Shown piece by piece: positions 62,068-64,000 of a stretch of 64,000 bases of DNA (position 1 is its first letter; each line of letters starts with the position of its first letter). Made by a program: the position numbers and the translations under genes. A model generated the notes under the pieces. That model saw only the letters and a program-made list of their open reading frames with translations. It made no database searches and was not told the origin of the DNA. The DNA lies in the NCBI GenBank assembly GCA_965217865.1, contig CBDCJO010000002.1, forward strand, positions 160,001 to 224,000, written 5' to 3'. Source of the stretch: Candidatus Latescibacterota bacterium. Lineage in GTDB: Bacteria; Latescibacterota; UBA2968; SICM01.

Positions 62068-64000
62068 GTGAGCAGCCTGAATATCGGCAACTTCATCTGG
62101 AACATCGCTGACGATGTGCTGCGGGACGTCTATGTGCGAGGCAAGTATAGAGACGTCATTCTGCCGATGACGGTCATTCGGCGTCTGGATGCGGTGCTCG
62201 AGCCGACCAAAGAGGCCGTGCTCAAGATGAAGGGGCAACTCGACAGGGCAGGCGTCGCCAATCAGCACGCTGCGCTCTGCCAGGCGTCCGGCCAGGCCTT
62301 CTATAACACGTCCTCCTTCCGCCTGCGCGATCTCGCCTCCCGGGGCAAGCAACAGCAACTCAGAGCCGATTTCGAGGCTTTCCTGGACGGCTTCTCCCCG
62401 AACGTCCAGGAGGTCCTCGACAAGTTTCAGTTCCGTAATCAGATTCCGACCCTGATCGAAGCCGGCGCGCTTGGATTCCTGATCGAGAAGTTCATCGACA
62501 GCTCGATCAATCTGAGTCCGAAACCCGTCTTGCACCAGGATGGCTCCGTTCGCCTTCCCGGACTCGACAACCACTCCATGGGGACGATCTTCGAGGAACT
62601 GATCCGTCGCTTCAACGAAGAGAACAACGAGGAAGCCGGAGAGCATTTTACTCCGCGTGACGTCGTGGAGTTGATGTCCCGTCTGATCCTTGCGCCCATC
62701 GCAGACATCATTCGGTCAGGCACCTATCTCGTCTATGACGGCGCCTGTGGCACCGGCGGGATGCTGACCGTTGCCGAAGATACGCTCGTCAAGCTCGCCG
62801 CAGAGAACGGCAGGGAGGTGTCTGTTCACCTCTACGGACAGGAGGTAAACCCCGAGACCTTCGCCATCAGCAAGGCCGATCTCATCCTGAAGGGTGAGGG
62901 AGGCGAGGCTGAGAACATGAAGTTCGGCTCGACCCTGTCCGGAGATGCGTTCCCGGGTCGAGAGTTTGACTTCATGCTCTCAAATCCACCCTACGGCAAG
63001 TCCTGGAAGACTGATCTTGAGCGCATGGGTGGGAGGAAAGACATGCGCGACCGGCGCTTCGTCACCGGGCACGCCGGCGATCCGGAGTACTCGCTGATCA
63101 CCCGTTCCAGCGACGGCCAGATGCTGTTTCTGGCCAACATGCTGAGCAAGATGAAACACGGCACCAGGTTGGGCAGCCGCATCGCCGAGGTCCACAACGG
63201 TTCGTCCCTGTTCACCGGCGACGCCGGCCAGGGCGAGAGCAACATCCGGCGCTGGATCATCGAGAACGACTGGTTGGAGGCCGTCGTCGCGTTGCCACTC
63301 AACATGTTCTACAACACGGGCATCGCGACCTATATCTGGGTGCTCGGCAACCGCAAGCCGGAGCATCGCCGGGGCAAGGTCCAACTCATTGACGCCACCA
63401 AGTGGTTCAAGCCGCTGCGCAGGAACCTCGGCAAGAAGAACTGCGAACTGTCGGGCGAGGACATCCGGCGCATCTGCGACGTGTTTCTTGCGTTCGAGGA
63501 AACCGGGCAGTCCAAGATCTTCCCGAACCGGGCCTTCGGCTACCGGAAGGTAACGGTCGATCGGCCGTTACGCCTTGAGGGGATCGACCCCGAGCGCGCC
63601 TGCACTGCCAAAGAGATCAAGGCGCTCAAGGAGGAAGCCGGGCGTTCGGAGACCGCGCCTCCGGTCATCAAGAAGATCCTCAGGAAGGGCACCGAGCCCG
63701 ACCCCGTGCGCGGTCTGTTCGCAGCCACCGTCAAGGGCAAGCCCGTCGTCGTCGAGTACGAACCCGACACTGAGCTGCGTGACACCGAGCAAATCCCGCT
63801 GTTGGAGGAGGGCGGAATCGAGGCGTTCCTGCGCCGAGAAGTGCTGCCCTATGCGCCTGACGCATGGTTTGTGCCGGACAGCATCAAGACCGGCTACGAG
63901 GTCAGCTTCACCCGATACTTCTACAAGCCACAGCCGTTGCGCAAGCTGGAGGAGATCCGGGCGGAAATTCTGGCGCTGGAGCAGGAGACGGAGGGGTTGC
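62068..64000 (+). CDS. hsdM: second type I R-M subunit M (runs off the window; absent from the ORF track)
   Basis: GTG after AAGGAG; NFIWNIADDVLRDVYVRGKYRDVILP, YDGACGTGG, NPPYGK; close paralogue of 4156..6153. Confidence 0.93.
   Translation, partial: MSSLNIGNFIWNIADDVLRDVYVRGKYRDVILPMTVIRRLDAVLEPTKEAVLKMKGQLDRAGVANQHAALCQASGQAFYNTSSFRLRDLASRGKQQQLRADFEAFLDGFSPNVQEVLDKFQFRNQIPTLIEAGALGFLIEKFIDSSINLSPKPVLHQDGSVRLPGLDNHSMGTIFEELIRRFNEENNEEAGEHFTPRDVVELMSRLILAPIADIIRSGTYLVYDGACGTGGMLTVAEDTLVKLAAENGREVSVHLYGQEVNPETFAISKADLILKGEGGEAENMKFGSTLSGDAFPGREFDFMLSNPPYGKSWKTDLERMGGRKDMRDRRFVTGHAGDPEYSLITRSSDGQMLFLANMLSKMKHGTRLGSRIAEVHNGSSLFTGDAGQGESNIRRWIIENDWLEAVVALPLNMFYNTGIATYIWVLGNRKPEHRRGKVQLIDATKWFKPLRRNLGKKNCELSGEDIRRICDVFLAFEETGQSKIFPNRAFGYRKVTVDRPLRLEGIDPERACTAKEIKALKEEAGRSETAPPVIKKILRKGTEPDPVRGLFAATVKGKPVVVEYEPDTELRDTEQIPLLEEGGIEAFLRREVLPYAPDAWFVPDSIKTGYEVSFTRYFYKPQPLRKLEEIRAEILALEQETEGL

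Overview
A 64-kb accessory/defence region, heavily decayed and riddled with IS elements. It holds one complete type I R-M locus (hsdM-hicB-hicA-hsdS-hsdR), a second hsdM running off the right edge, and a three-gene ubiquitin-like/ThiF(E1)/DUF6527 operon. There are many IS copies and fragments (IS1595, IS3, IS630, IS256, IS1182-like, IS110/IS1111, IS4, IS200-like ends), plus phage-satellite remnants (P4-like integrase, primase fragments, iterons), an orphan two-spacer CRISPR array and a 1.9-kb near-identical duplication. At least six co-oriented attC-like sites mark a decayed integron cassette array with no intI in the window. Metalloprotease-WD40 genes and EF-hand/dockerin-like tails resemble those of sponge-associated Latescibacterota/Poribacteria-type bacteria (inference only). 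The most notable candidates are: (1) an ECF sigma factor fused to a PheRS-alpha catalytic-domain paralogue, with a putative autoregulatory promoter; (2) an IS110/IS1111 element inserted inside an attC, whose 3' non-coding end shows the two halves of that target in the loops of adjacent hairpins (candidate seek/bridge RNA); (3) a GIY-YIG nuclease fused to an apparently dead phage primase-helicase domain. All family assignments come from motif recognition by eye; no database searches were run.
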